DNA of 64,000 nucleotides. Source: Glaucostegus cemiculus (Eukaryota). Both the position numbers and the translations under genes were made by a program. Below the pieces are notes generated by a model, which ran no database searches, was not told where the DNA came from, and saw only the letters and a program-made list of their open reading frames with translations. The stretch's first letter is position 1, and each line of letters opens with the position of its first letter. This document shows, in pieces, positions 37,644 through 51,125 of this stretch. Where the stretch lies: the NCBI GenBank assembly GCA_976551045.1, contig CDPCPM010000050.1:9052001-9116000 (forward strand), given 5' to 3'.

Positions 37644-37795
37644 GCTATGTGTGTGAGAGGAAGAACTTGCTTGTCAATGGCTGCTGCAGCATAAATGCAC
37701 CAAGCACAAAACTGTATGCATGTGACACCTGCCTGCCTAATGACTGCTGCAGTGTGTATGAGTACTGTGTTTCTTGTTGCCTACAGCCAAATAAG
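37644..37795 (+). CDS. SPRING1: SPRING1 exon 3: (G)[50 protein letters not shown]
   Basis: Cys-rich DUF2054-type segment; acceptor ttattgcAG, donor AAG|GTGAGG; 152 nt. Confidence 0.96.
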
Positions 37796-37979
37796 GTGAG
37801 GAAATATTTTCTTCTTTCATGGTGTAAATATCTGGCAGATTATATGTAGTAAATGTTGAAGTGAATGACTAAAATTCTTACTGTTAATACAATTATGAGT
37901 AAACAGTTGAATGCTTCAGCATTTAAAATCAGTTATGCTTTCATGGTAATACATAGAAGGGTTGCAGAAGTAGTCTTGT

Positions 37980-38415
37980 TTCATAGAGTTATACAGCATG
38001 GAAACAAGCCCTTCAGCCCAACTCATTCACACAGACCAAGGTGCCTCCCTGAGCTAGTCCCATTTGGCCCATATCCCTCAGAGCCTTTCCTATCCCTGCA
38101 CTTGTCCAACTGTCTTTTAAACATTAATTATTCCCAAATCTACCACTTCCTCTGGCAGCTCATTTCATATACCCATCCTCTATGTGAAAAACTTTTCCCT
38201 TGGGTCCCCTTTAAATCTTTCCCCTCTCGGAACTTATGCCCTCAAGTTTTAGACTCCCCTACCCTGCCGGAGAAAGACTGTGACCATCCACCTTATCTAT
38301 GCCTGTAAGTTCACCCCTCAGCCGCCTTTGCTCCAGGAGAACAGTCCAAGCCTATTCAGTCTTTCCTCATTACTCAAGCCAGCATGTCCCTGCAACATCC
38401 TTGTGAATCTCTCAA
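37980..38415 (-). mobile_element. CR1-like LINE 3' end in SPRING1 intron 3
   Basis: catagagttatacagcatggaaacaagcccttcagccca tail; ttatgccctcaagttttagactcccctacc (reverse complement of GESKT.GH). Confidence 0.85.
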
Positions 38416-38926
38416 AGGCTGACAAGGGGTTGAGGGACTACACTACACTGGAAACCTACCAAATGTGGGGGCTCTGCTCTTCAAACCCAGATAAATACAA
38501 AAAGGCAGGGAAGCAGGCAGTGAGTCCATGAGATGGGCCAGTTTCCACTTGATTTGCCCCAATTACACTAGCTAAATAGTCAGTATTTACGTTGCAAATA
38601 GTATTTTACTATATGTCAAGTTGAAAAAAATACTGGATATTCAGTTTGGTCATAATATATAGTTACAAACAGTTTGTCAATAGAAAGTAGAAATATTTCA
38701 ACCATCTAGGTAGTTCCTCCATTAATAATGTTGCTTTGCCTGGAATCAACCTGAAAAACTCTTTCCTTCACTAATATTTTAATGAGATAATCCTTGAAAA
38801 GTTACAGTGTCATGTGCAAAATTTCTTCATGAATTAGCCTTACAAATATAAAGCTGCCTTATTTCCAGATAGTATTTGAAATATTTCATTGCTCACTGCA
38901 CTTATAATTTGTGTTCTCATTTTCAG

Positions 38927-39040
38927 CAACCTCTATTAGAACGTTTCCTGAACAGGGCTGCAGAAGCCTTCCAGAATCTGTTTACAGCAATTGAGGACCA
39001 CTTCGAACTCTGCCTGGCAAAGTGCAGAACATCTTCTCAG
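38927..39040 (+). CDS. SPRING1: SPRING1 exon 4: [38 protein letters not shown]
   Basis: Acceptor cattttcAG, donor CAG|GTTTGT; 114 nt; [14 protein letters not shown] signature. Confidence 0.96.
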
Positions 39041-40396
39041 GTTTGTAATGAATTAATTTCTGATGACTCTGAGTTAATCAGAGAAATAGATAATAGAAAT
39101 GCATGTCATGCATTATTAAATTCAGTTTACCATTTTTTGAGCAAAATTTTTATTGGAATATCATCCTACAGTTACAAAAATTCCATTTTGCCATTTCAGA
39201 TGATTGGAAAAGCTATTTACTTTTTGATAACTGGCTAACTTTCAAAAGGACTGCATTTAGTTTCAAATCATAACCTTGTCAAAATACACTGAATAATTTC
39301 TAATTTTCATAAACTCAGATATGTAAAAAATATTGTGGGAAAAATGTGTATCCTGAAAGTGTACCTTGGACTGCTGAATACAGTGTGATGGTTCTGATAA
39401 AACCTGACAGAATTTCCCTACTGTCACAATCCTTGGGAAGACAAATAATCGAGCGAGAAAATTCTAAAGAACTTCAGACTCCAAGTGAAAATATTTCTCC
39501 ATGCTTCTGTATTTAAGCATTAGGGCTAGATATTACCCGACTCACTGAATTTCAAGCTGATTAATTGTGAAGAAACCCATGACAGTATTATCATTCAGGG
39601 ACATTGCTACAGAAAATATTGAGAAATGATCAGAGAGCTCTTGAGCTACCAATCACTAGGCCCCCTTCAGCTCTACGAAGGAAGATTAAATAAAAACCTG
39701 TATGAGAGCGAGTGGGGCTGAGGGAGGTTAAGAGAAGGGAGACTGAAGATGGAGATAAGGAGGGGGACTGAAGGAGGGAAGGGGAAGGGGACTGATGGAA
39801 GTGGTTAGGGGAGGAGAAAACTGACACGAGATGAGGAAGGGGGAATCGGTCTAGATTTTTTTTACAAGAATGAGTGCCTGTCCGTGTCAAAATGAGTGTG
39901 CATGGTTAGTATGCATCCAAAGGTGTGTGTCCGTGTATGTGCATCTAATAAACCCATGCAGCAGAGCCTGATCTTCAATCATCTTGCATCTCCTTTCCAA
40001 TTTACAAAGAGTTTGTTCTACCAAGTCTTTCTGGTAGCTGATGTACCATGACCTTATTAAAAGAAGTTGCATACAAACATCTCAACACTTCTCAAATGTT
40101 GGAGTGTTAGTAGGTCATCCTTGAACCCAAGTGACTACTTGGGATGTCATTTGGTAATTCACGGTTTCCGAAAGTATCAGGTCAGAAGCTGACTATTTCA
40201 TCAGCTGAATGTCAATAAGAACTATGAGACTGTAAATTTTCATTTGATTTATTTTACTTCCCAAGCTGGTTTTTACAACCTGCTTGTAGCGTAACTGATT
40301 GGAGGTCTGTGATGCAACACTACGATGGTTTGATGACAATGTTTTAAAGCTTGCCCTTTTCAGAATAAGTACTTGTATATTTTCCCCCCTTTGTAG

Positions 40397-40480
40397 AGTG
40401 TTCAACATGAAAATAACTACAGAGATCCTGCTGCAAAATATTGTTATGGAGAAGATCTGCCAGAGTTACTTCCACTGTAA
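40397..40480 (+). CDS. SPRING1: SPRING1 exon 5 (terminal): SVQHENNYRDPAAKYCYGEDLPELLPL*
   Basis: Acceptor cccctttgtAG; SVQHEN.YRDP.AKYCYGE motif; TAA at 40478-40480. Spliced CDS 111+157+152+114+84=618 nt = 205 aa. Confidence 0.95.
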   Translation, partial: SVQHENNYRDPAAKYCYGEDLPELLPL

Positions 40481-41400
40481 TCTACATTGTTAAAATGGGA
40501 GTGAAAACTATAGCATATTTTGTTTGGGCAAACCTTCACTTTGGAAGGAATACAGATTTTCTTAAAATAAGAAACTACAATAACTCTCTGTTCTGTATCA
40601 GTATTTATTATTTATTTTGTTTTAGCTTTTGAACTACCTTGATTGCAGCAATCAAGACAACCAAATGCCAAACAGTATCCATCCAAATCTGTAATTAGTG
40701 TTGTGCTGAATATTGCAGCCTGGGCAGACTACTGCCAGCAAATAAAGAATCATCTGCTACACTAATTACAGTTTATTTGCATATTTGGAGATTAATCTGT
40801 ACAAGATATGTAAATATATGCATATGTTTATCAAAATTAAGATGTACACAACACTTGATTTATGAGCATTTCAGGCTTGCTTGCTTGATTGTCACCTTTT
40901 CAAGTCTTGCCAATTCATGAAGGACACTAGTATTTTGGAGATGAGTGAGATATGATATTTGATTCAGCAAAGTTGAATTGTTTTGTGAAGTATGGAATGC
41001 AAACTTTGGAGAGTGCTTGGATTGGTAATATTAGGTTATCTCCAATTAACATGATAAATATTGTGCTATTGTGCAATATTGTATATTGAGAACCATCAAT
41101 AAATACATGGGGTTAGAAATTTGTGTTCAGTGGTATTATTAAATTTGTAGCAATGAATACACATTGAATTCAGTCTATGATATTCAGTTTCTTTGAGGTC
41201 GATGTAACAGAATTTTAGAAGCCAAATTCTTTGTGCATTACTACATTGATTAGTGCACGCAACAGGAGGCAAATTTTATCCTGTGGTATCTTACTTGATT
41301 TACACAAGCTAAAGATCATTTGTAATCTCTGGATGTTCCTGATAATGTCAGCACTCCCAAGGTGACAACCCACTAATCAATAAAAGGTAAAATAAAAGTC
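40481..41400 (+). other. SPRING1 3' UTR (extent uncertain) with candidate polyadenylation signals
   Basis: AT-rich sequence after the stop with AATAAA at 40741, 41098, 41379 and 41391 (another at 42341). The site actually used cannot be determined from sequence. Confidence 0.4.
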
Positions 41401-42620
41401 TAGAGGGACATTTTCTACAATATAGATAAAATAAAGAATAGGAAAAAAACCATGTTTGAGTTTCCTGACAAGCTGTTGAATAAGGCAGTTGAACTGAGGA
41501 AAAAGGAAGCAAAAAACAGTTGTGGAACTGTAGATAAAACAAGCCCATTTGTTGTAATGATCTCAGTTTTAAGATTACACATATTCATTGAATGTTTGAG
41601 GTTGAAAGGTATTTGCCATGTATTATCTTTTTCTATTTGAGTCTCTGGGCAGATGAGCTGGATGTAAAGGATTAGTAAATGAAAAATAGTAAAATGAGAC
41701 AATTGTTCTTTATGGTTTCTTTTGTATTAAAGACGTTGTGATGTAGAGAATATCTTCCTGAGGGCTGGAATAAATCATGTGCTTTCATTTTTTTGCTTCG
41801 TATTTGAAGTTTCTATATACTTAATCTAATCTAATTTAATTTGTGTATGGGATTAAATGGAAATGTAACTACAAAATGTATAAGTATATTTTTGATGTCA
41901 ATAGAATAATGCCAAATTAAATGACAATTGTAGGAGTTGACATCTTGTAATTTACAACCAGACTCATTATTTCGTGACAGTATTTTATGTCTTGGTCTCC
42001 CATTTACTGCAGGTATCCGCTGCCTACTTCATCCCTACTCTAAGAGAGCACTTCAGTTTACATGCTGAATTATCCCCATTTACAATGTTTAAAAATGCTC
42101 AACCATTGGGAGGTACTGGTTTGAGACTGGCATCAGCAGTTCAAATTTCACCCAGACAGAATAATCTTTGCTTTGCACCACTGACATCCTTGGTTAGATT
42201 GCTAACCATGCTGGCTAGGAGAAAACTCCTGTATTGGGCATTCTTCCAACAATGAGTAAAACTCTCCTCTTTAAGCATTTAAATTGAGGTCAGCTGTATT
42301 TTAAAAAAAAGGTCCAGCAGTCACAACCAAACAGTTTATGAATAAAGTTTGACACTTCAGTCGACTTACAAATAGAACACTTGTCACAGCAATGGCAGAT
42401 CATTGCTTCCATTGTGTCTTATGTTGCTTTGCATTGGGACAGAGTCAACAAAGTGAAAATGACCAAAATAATGTGAAATCTGCAATGTAAATGCATCCTC
42501 CATGGCACAATGTTTCGGTATGTTTTTCATCTTCCCAGGCTTTACTAAATGGAAGTCATTTTACTCCAGTGCAGGTATTATTTAGTCAAACTTTATGCAA
42601 GTAACTTTTAAAAAAAAAAT

Positions 42621-42860
42621 GCAGTATGATAGCGTAGCGGTTAGCGCGACGCTGTTACAGCGCCAGCGAGCGGGGTTCAATTCCCGTCGCTGACTGTAAG
42701 GAGTTTGTACGTTCTCCCGTGTCTGCGTGGGTTTCCTCCGGTTTCCTCCCACATTCTAAAAGATGTACGGGTAGGTTAATTTGGGGGTTTAAAATGGGCG
42801 GCGCAGACTCATTGGGCCAAAAGGGCCTGTTACCATGCTGTAAATAAAATTTAAAAAAAA
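42621..42860 (+). mobile_element. Young tRNA-derived (V-type) SINE
   Basis: A box TAGCGTAGCGG (42630), B box GGTTCAATTCC (42674), core gtttgtacgttctcccgtgtctgcgtgggtttcctccgg, CpGs retained, A-rich tail, tttaaaaaaaa on both flanks. Confidence 0.85.
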
Positions 42861-45800
42861 GTGAAATCTGTTCCTTTAAGTAATTTTATTATGGGGAAAT
42901 GTTTTGAAAGTGCAGGCTACTTTTGATTGTTTCTTGCACCAAAAATGCATTAACCAATAATTTGAATTAACAAAGTTGGAATTGAAGCACGATTGAATGA
43001 TAAACTTATTTGAATTAAGTGGCATAAGTAATACAGTAGAAAGATACTGTCAATAGACATATGGGCACTCTGGTGTCAGGATATGGTGATCAGGTGGGAA
43101 AGTGGGTAAGGCATAGGATCAGCGTAATCACATTGGGGGAACCAAACTCAAAAGGGTTCGAAGGCTTATTTCCACTTATGTTTTTAAATTAACCTTTAAT
43201 TTTAATTAAAAAAATCTTGCTGGATTGAGTTCTGATCTTTGGGTGTCAATTGAGAAATGTAATTTCATAGGAAGAAGAGAGAAATAAATGACTGCCAATT
43301 TGTTTTAAGCTTTTGGAATTTTTACCATTTGGCTTAGCAGGATTTTGGTTTAATTTGTATATTTCTAGGAGGTTACATTTAAACTTATGAAGGGTTTATA
43401 TATGCAAGTTATTTAAAGGGTTTAGGTTAGCTGCTGAAATGCTGACTGAGCCAGCCATTTTAACATCATAAACAGCTTACTTCTGAATAATACATCAACC
43501 TTGAGACAATGGGAAATCAGTGAGTGCATCACAGTAATTTGCATGCTGATGCTGACATTGGGTTTTCATCACACCTGGCAGAGGGCTCTGTGTGATATTG
43601 TTGCCCTCATATTCTGTCCTTTCATTTATTTACTATAGACCTATGAAATTTATAATTTTTACATCTCCCTAACAGTGACTGAATTAAGCCTAGTTATGGA
43701 GAAATCTGAAATGAAATAAGAGGCAGTTCAATAGAATTTCAGAGTCATAAACATACTTTGGCAGCCTTTATTGCATCAGTTGGACTCCATCTGCAATATT
43801 TATCTGTATATCCTTTGACTGGAAGTGAAGAGCAATTTACTTAGTTTTGAAAATATGACTATTTGCAGTTGGCCACTTTTTCTCACTTGGAAAATGAGTG
43901 CCTGCAATTGAAAGTGTAGTGGGTTCACACATTTGAACATCTGAATCAACTTTCAGGCAGCCGCTTTCATAGCCTCACAGCTGTCCTGCATGAAACAGGC
44001 AGGAGTCCATTTAACTAGGGAAACCTTGAGCTTGTAAAGCTGATTAGAATGTGCAGAGGGAGCTGCTTTGAATGTCGGCAAAGGTGTGTGAATAGCTGGG
44101 TTGAAAACTAATTGCCGGTCTATTACCACCAATTTTATAACTGCAGAATTTGAAAGCTACCTCTAAGGGGATATACAGTATATAAAGGATACACAGTGGA
44201 ACCTGGTGCCACTTTCTGCAGTTGTTGAGAGATCTAATTGGCAGTCCTTAAATGGAAAGCATCAGGCTGCTTCCAAAATGTGTTTTCTGAGGAGCAAGAA
44301 TGCTTTTTCCAAGCTTCTCAAATCTCCTGACACATTAGTGGCCTGTTCTCACCAGCTGCAGACCCACTTCTTTCCCCTGCCACCTGGCAGCCATATCCAC
44401 TCTAAAAGGCTTTGCCTGCCGGCTGACTCCATACAATAATTCCTGGATGGCTGGGCAAGGTGTGGCTGGTTACCCATTTGATATCTGAGCTCACTGCAAG
44501 TGCAAAACAAAGCACATGATGCATTGAATCAAAGGACAATGTCACACCTGTTGCACCCATTCTACATTTTGCCGATAATGGGTTTCTGCATTTTTTTTTC
44601 TCATTCACCAGAATTTTTTTGCAGCTAGTCTCCCTCTCATTTTCTGCAGGCCCACTAACTGCATGCCTTTCTTCCTACTGACATCTAAACAATCCTATTG
44701 GAATTTACAAAACTGCAAAGTCAAATATGGGATTTTTAGTGTGCATGAGATGTTCTTTTGAGTATAGGGCATTGGTCTTTCTTGGCTTATGATGCCACAT
44801 TCTCCATGATCTGGAAAAAGGATGGCATAAGCCATGAATATCTTATGTTCTGGGAACTGTGATTTATGCCTGGGATCTCCCATACACCACCTTTTGATTC
44901 TTTCACTTGTTTTTTTTGTGGTGATGGTCAGTTTTGCACTCTATGCATTTCCAACTGTCCGTGATCTCACTGTCATTTAGAATAAAATACAAAATAATCA
45001 GATATTCCTCCCTCTCCCCTTTTCTTGGAGCATCTGTAACTAGTGGGTCTGAGCCTAAGCAAGTCAAGGTAGAGATATTTGGTGCAAATGCTGTTATCTG
45101 AGACAATCACTCTGTCCATAAATTCCCACTTGCTGCAGTCCTGCTGCACTGACCGCATTTTTAAAAGAATTTCATTTATTGATTTATTGTTTATCATCTT
45201 TAGTGCTCGTTGAATCACCTTTAATACTAAATTAGCTACTTCCATTGTTCATGTTGGAACATTTAACCTATTGCATCTGTTTACTTATTTAATGTTGATA
45301 CTTTAGCTTTGGCTCTTGTCTGTTAGGTAATTAGTTTTGGAATATCTCCTGTGCAGTTAAATAATTGAACACTTAGCTTTTATGCCTCAGGCTCTGCCTC
45401 TGCTCCCACTGACTATGGCATCATGTTTTCAAATCACTCCTGATAATGCTGTTGGCTCCATATAAATCAACAACAATTTACCTTTAGGATCTTCCTTGGC
45501 AGTGGCTCCAGCTAGACCTGGATGAACCAAGCACAGTTCTGTCCCAGTGGCAATAGAGTGCCTGTGCACCAAATTTAGAATTAAGAGAATGGACTGTTTG
45601 AAACAGGTTAGGTGATTGAAAGCCCAATGAAAGCCCCTTCGGAGAAGGCAGTGGCTGGAATATTGGTGTTAATTGGTGGGTAAGCCATTTTTGGGTTGCC
45701 GTTATCCTGATTGTGCCAGAAGACCTCCAGTTAAGAATCTAACCTCTGTTTTGTCAGGGGCATAAGATGGATGAATTCAGCATCGTAAATTACTTTTCTT

Positions 45801-46615
45801 TCCACTGAAGTAAAAGAACAATTTTATAATTTACTGTGTCACCCAGTGCTCCATCCCATTAAAGCAAGTAATATTAATTATTATGAATAATATGGTATTT
45901 GTAACTGAGTGCATATATTTTTAGTATCTTACTAACACAGTTTGAGATGGCATAAATTGCTTGTAAATGAAATATGACTATCATATTTAATAAATCCATA
46001 GGGAATAGTCCATATACAATATTAATAACCCTATTTTCTAAATTCCTGATTAATTATTTCCTTAATCTATTACTTTAATTTTAGTCATGAACCAAAATTA
46101 ATATCTAACATTGATCACAAGCACCAAATAAAAATATAGCACCAATGCAAAGTCAACTCTTTCAGTGAAATGTTAAAGGGATTCCATCCATGAAATCTGG
46201 TCAGAATTCTGTGTGAAGATTCATTGTGTATTGCAGTATGATCAAACCACACATATGAATTCAGGGGAAAAATAGCTGAATCGGCTTTGAAAGCTAATCA
46301 ATGCCAGAAACATCAAAAATAGCATAAACTTTGTGATCTTAGTAAATACTTTGATCTATAAAAGGTACTCCTTTAATGTAGAATTTATTGGTTCCCATTG
46401 TTTGCTATTTGCAAAGGAGACATAAAATTGCTGAGTTTATCCTCCTTCAAATTGTAAATTATTCATTATAAGGATAAACATTCCATGGGCGAAGTCTGAT
46501 GACTACCTGCTCTGTACTACCATGTGTGCCTTGAAAAGATGATTTGTTTACAATCATTTATTTTTCTCCTGGAATTACTTTTCACTGCTCAAATGCCACC
46601 TAGCATGGTGAACAA

Positions 46616-47583
46616 CATTCAGTTGGAATGAGAGGTTAAGAGAGAATAGAATGTGAGACCTTTCCATTAATAAACACAAAATTGAATCATAGAATTGTAC
46701 AGCATCCTTACCGTGTAGCTTATCTTCGCTAATCTCATTTCCTTGCATCCCTCTATGTCTTTCTATTCAAATACCTGTCCAAACACCTTTTAAACATAAA
46801 TTGTATCTCTCTTTACCACCACCTCTGGCAACTCATGCCAGATATTCACTACCCCTCAGATCTCCTCTAAATTTCTTTCTTACCATCAGCCTGCACCCCT
46901 CAGTCTTCTACGTTTCAGTGAGAATAAACCTAGTTTATTCCAACCTCTCCTTACAATAACAGTCCCTGCTGAAGCCAAAAGAGACTGCAGTCACTGGCAT
47001 CTAGAACAAGAACAGGACACTAGAAAAACTCAGCAGACCAAGCAGCATCTGTGGAGGCAAAAGGTGTAAGTCAATGTTTCAGGTCAAGACCCTGCATCAG
47101 GACTGATAGAACAGGAAAGATTGTCAGTATATAAACAGTATGTAGGGGGTGCAATAGAGTCTGGTAGGTGACAGGTGGAACCAGATGGGGAGGGAATGAT
47201 GGGCAGATGGAACCAGGTGGGGAAGGGTGGGAGGTATTTGTTCCACCAAGCTTTTCCCTTTGTCCATCCCTTACCTACCTGGATCCATCCTTTACTGTGC
47301 TAGATGATTCTGCCTACCAGACCCTTAATGGATGGTCTTGGGCTATATTTGGGAACATTTTACGCTCAGTATTGGCAAATCATGCATTCAGCTGGAATGA
47401 GAGGTTAAGAGGCAATAGAATGTGAGACCTTTCCATTAATAAATACAACATTGATTCATAGAATTGTATAGCATCCTTACCATGTTGCCTATCTTCGCTA
47501 ATCCCATTTGCTTGCATCCCTCTATGTCTTTCTATTCAAATACCTGTCCAAACACCTTTTAAACATAATTGTATCTCTCTTTA
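46616..47583. repeat. ~200-bp direct duplication (46616-46815 and 47385-47583) enclosing CR1 and Penelope-like pieces
   Basis: cattcag(t/c)tggaatgagaggttaagag..tgtgagacctttccattaataaa..gtatctctcttta occurs twice with few substitutions. Confidence 0.9.
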
Positions 47584-47889
47584 TAAGGAAAGCACCATTT
47601 TATTAATTCCTTTGCCTGATAATTTTATGAAGGTATGGTAAATAGAAAAAGCTGTCCTTAATTACAATGGAAACCCAAATGCTTATGCACTTCTGTGAGA
47701 AAAATTAAAGAAAAATGTCCTCAGTATTTGGGACTGTGATGTACAGGGCAAGAAGGGATCCAGCTGCAAACTATCTCCTTCTTGTGGTAAAACTTCACTC
47801 AATACATAATGCAGTTATTTCAAACTTTCTCATTTGGGTAACGTGGGATTTATATAATCTTGTATAATTTATATAATCACTGAAGGAGA

Positions 47890-48960
47890 AAGGCAGAAGG
47901 AGATCATTTAACTCTTCATGCCAATACATGTTTCCCCATAACCCTGAAAATTAGATCTCTTCAAATACATTTCAATTGTCCTTTGAAATTTCCCATGAAG
48001 CATGATTCTAGCACGCTAATGGTTTTGTGTTCTGAATCTTAACCTCAGTATGGAAGAACACTTAATTCCCCTTTAGTTCATGATGGTTATTTTAATGGTG
48101 TTCATTGAAAACAAGGGGGCACAGGAAACAGAAATTGGCGACACACTCTCACTCACTGATAGCAACAACAAGCCTGATTGAAAGGATTTACTCAATTATC
48201 TCCATTCTGGGTAGAGCACTGGCATTATAAGCAAACTTATTATAAGCAAACTTATCAGGTGCCAGAGGAAGCAGCTTCTTTCTATATTGTAAAAGTCCCT
48301 TAAAATTTTGTAAACCTGTTTCAGGTCTCCTTCCTCAATTCCTCCAGAGAACAATCCCAATCTCTTTAATCACCCCACAAAATTGAAGCCCCCTTCCTTT
48401 GGATTGTCCCACTAAACCTTCCTTATACCCTCCGGACATCCTTCTTAAAATATGCTTCCTGGAGGTATATAGTGATTTACAAAAGAGTAAAACTTTTGCA
48501 AGTAATAGTTCAATGAAACTTCCTTGTTTCCCATCAGCACATTTTGGTACTCCATTAAAGGAATCAATCAGGTTAGTTGAATGATTTGTCTTTAACAAAT
48601 CTATGCTGGCTCTCTCTTATTAGCCTAAGCTTCTCAAAATGAAAATTAGTCCTAGATATTTGGTTTCGAGTAACTTTTTGGCATTGACATTGGCCTATGG
48701 TTACTAAGTTGGGCTATCTCCCATCTTAACAACAGAGGTGAACATTTGCAACCCTTCAGTTCTCTTGTATAACTAATATACAAGAATGATTGAAGGGCTG
48801 TGATTGTAGTTTCTGCTATTTGCATTCTGGCTTCCCTCAGCAACCTACAACACACCCTTTTGGGGATAAAAAGATGTTAACTTGAGTGATGCCAATCCAA
48901 AAAGCATTTCCGTGTTATCTATTTTATCCTGTGCAATATCTGTTTGCTTTCATCTTGGAC
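47890..48960 (-). mobile_element. Old CR1-like LINE fragments
   Basis: Reverse-complement RT N-terminal remnants (ANV.PL..R, .RP.S; ORF 48652..48855) and 3'-tail-like sequence. Confidence 0.55.
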
Positions 48961-48997
48961 CATGACATTAGTTCCTTGCCTTTGATGTAGGAAACAG

Positions 48998-49342
48998 GAG
49001 GGCATAGTGCACAGCTAGTAGAGTTGCTGCTTCACGGTGCCAGTGATCTGGGTTCAAGACTGACTTCAGTAGCCGTCTGTGTGGAGTTTGCACATTCCCC
49101 CTGTGACTATGTAGGTTTCCTCAGGGTGCTCCAGTTTGTTATTTGGGTTGGTTGGTTAATTGCCCGCTGTAAATTACCCCTTGTGTGTAGGTGAGTGGTA
49201 GAATCTGAGGGGAGTTGATGAAAATGTGAGGAGGATAAAAGACAGGATTAATGTAGGATTTGAGTAAGTGGGGTGTTGATGGTTAATGCAGACTCAGTGG
49301 GCTGAAGGGCCTGTTTCCATGTTCTACCACACTGTGACTCTA
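48998..49342 (+). mobile_element. HE1/V-type SINE
   Basis: gtagagttgctgcttcacggtgccagtgatctgggttcaa..tctgtgtggagtttgcacattcccc..gtttcctc.gggtgctccagttt; tail gggctgaagggcctgtttcc. Confidence 0.85.
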
Positions 49343-50714
49343 AGATGTGTTCAGATTATTACCTTGTATGATTCTTGTACTAACTCCAATCAGTTTTTCA
49401 CAGTGACTTCTCCATGATTTCTGATGATGCACACAACCTGAATTCAGAGAAACTGTTAACAGGATGGCCTTGTTGAGTTTGTCTTATGTTTGCTGGGCCT
49501 TTGAACTATGTACATGAAAACATTCAGTAAGCATCGATGCTTTTCTGCCTGGCCCTCAAAAATGGTCTTCTAGTTTTTGACACATAAGAGTCATTTACCT
49601 GATTACAAAACGAGCTTGATTTGAATCAATGTCATTAAGCAGACTACAAGTGTCAAATTAACATTCAACATGGATTCTTTATTAATATATAACATAATCT
49701 TTCTAAATAACATTTTCTGGCTATATGGGCAAAAATACTATCACCATGCAGCTTGTGGCTTTCAGCAAAGAGTACAAACTTAGTGTGGGGAGAAGATGTA
49801 TTACCCAAAAGCTTTTTCTGTTGATAGAATGAAGTAATGATCAGAAATCAGGCTTGCAGAAGAGTCTGAATACATGTAGGTATCGTTATCATCCCAGTTT
49901 GTCAAAACAAATTGGATATGGTTCTACTAGGAGAGCAGCAGAATCTACATAAGGAAGCATGCACTTGGGACAAATTTTAATCCCCATTAATTTGACAGAT
50001 TTGTTTATACATCAGGCAAACAATCTGCTCATTGTGATTTGGTGCATGTAAGAGGGAATTTAAGGGAAAGGTGCAAATTGTCTTTCTTTCAGCTTCTAGC
50101 CAAAGCAGCATTGACTAATGTAGAGATATGTTTATCCAGGCGAGCAGGGACTGCAGCTGACACACTAATTAATAATTTTGATGAGCTGGGAGCATCAGGC
50201 CCAGACCATCTTGTCTAACTGAGGTCATTTGAGTCCTAAGTTAGCTTTCTGCATGCATGCTGATTTCCCCAAAATAAACACAAGATAGAAAGGCTAAGCT
50301 CAAAAATGAACAAAAGATGCAATTAAAATCAATATATATTTGAGAATATTCAGTTCATTTTACTGACCACCAAGATTAAAGATGTAAATTAAAGGGAATG
50401 AAATATCTTTGGTATATGTTTTCACCATCAAACCCCACAATAAAGAAGTGCCAAAATTCTTTCATTACACCCCAAAATTGTAACGTATCCATACCTTGAG
50501 ATAGAATGCAGCATCATGATATTTTCATTTCTGTCACTGTTTTTAGGGACTTCCTGAGGGCGAGGCGTTAATCTGTGCTGCATTCTGGACAATTTTGTTG
50601 AGTCAGGTCATTAGAGACCAAGGATAAATTTGCTACTCATACGGTTGCTGCTGGATGATTTCCCATTGGATTATCACCGATATGCAAAACATTAAGTAAA
50701 TTAAGTAAAAGAGA

Positions 50715-51125
50715 ACCTGCATTTGTAAGGCACATTTCATGACTTCAGGATATCCCACAATGGATGATAATTTTAGAAGTGTAGGCCATTGATAAAGTGC
50801 ATGAAATACTGCAGCCAATTATCACACAGCAAGCTCCAGACATGGTCATGACTAGCCAATTTGTTGTAATGTTACTGTTGGAGGATAAATATTAGCCAGT
50901 AAACCAGAGAGAATGTGCCAATTCTTCCTTGAGTGGTGCCATTGGATCATTTGACTTCAGCTTGGAGAACCAACATGTTCTCATTTTACCAGCATTCAGA
51001 TGAGACTCTGGAATTGCAGTACTCTCTGAAGTGGATTATATGTTCAAGTCTCAGGTGAAGGAATGAAATCCACATACTTCTAATTAATTCATTCATTGGT
51101 GAGCACCTACTGAGTCAAGACTGAT
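50715..51125 (-). mobile_element. Deu-domain SINE (near full length)
   Basis: ctgcatttg..tttcatgacttcaggatatccca..gcagccaatt..cacagcaag..ggataaatattagccag..gtgccattggatc..attatatgttcaagtctc..ctactgagtcaagactga. Confidence 0.68.

Noticed and set aside
39700-39845. Purine-rich GA tract in SPRING1 intron 4 (ORF 39630..39890, SPSPSL repeats)
   Set aside because: Low-complexity simple sequence with no evidence of coding function.
42621-42700. tRNA gene
   Set aside because: The A and B boxes continue into a SINE core and tail, and no complete cloverleaf is visible.
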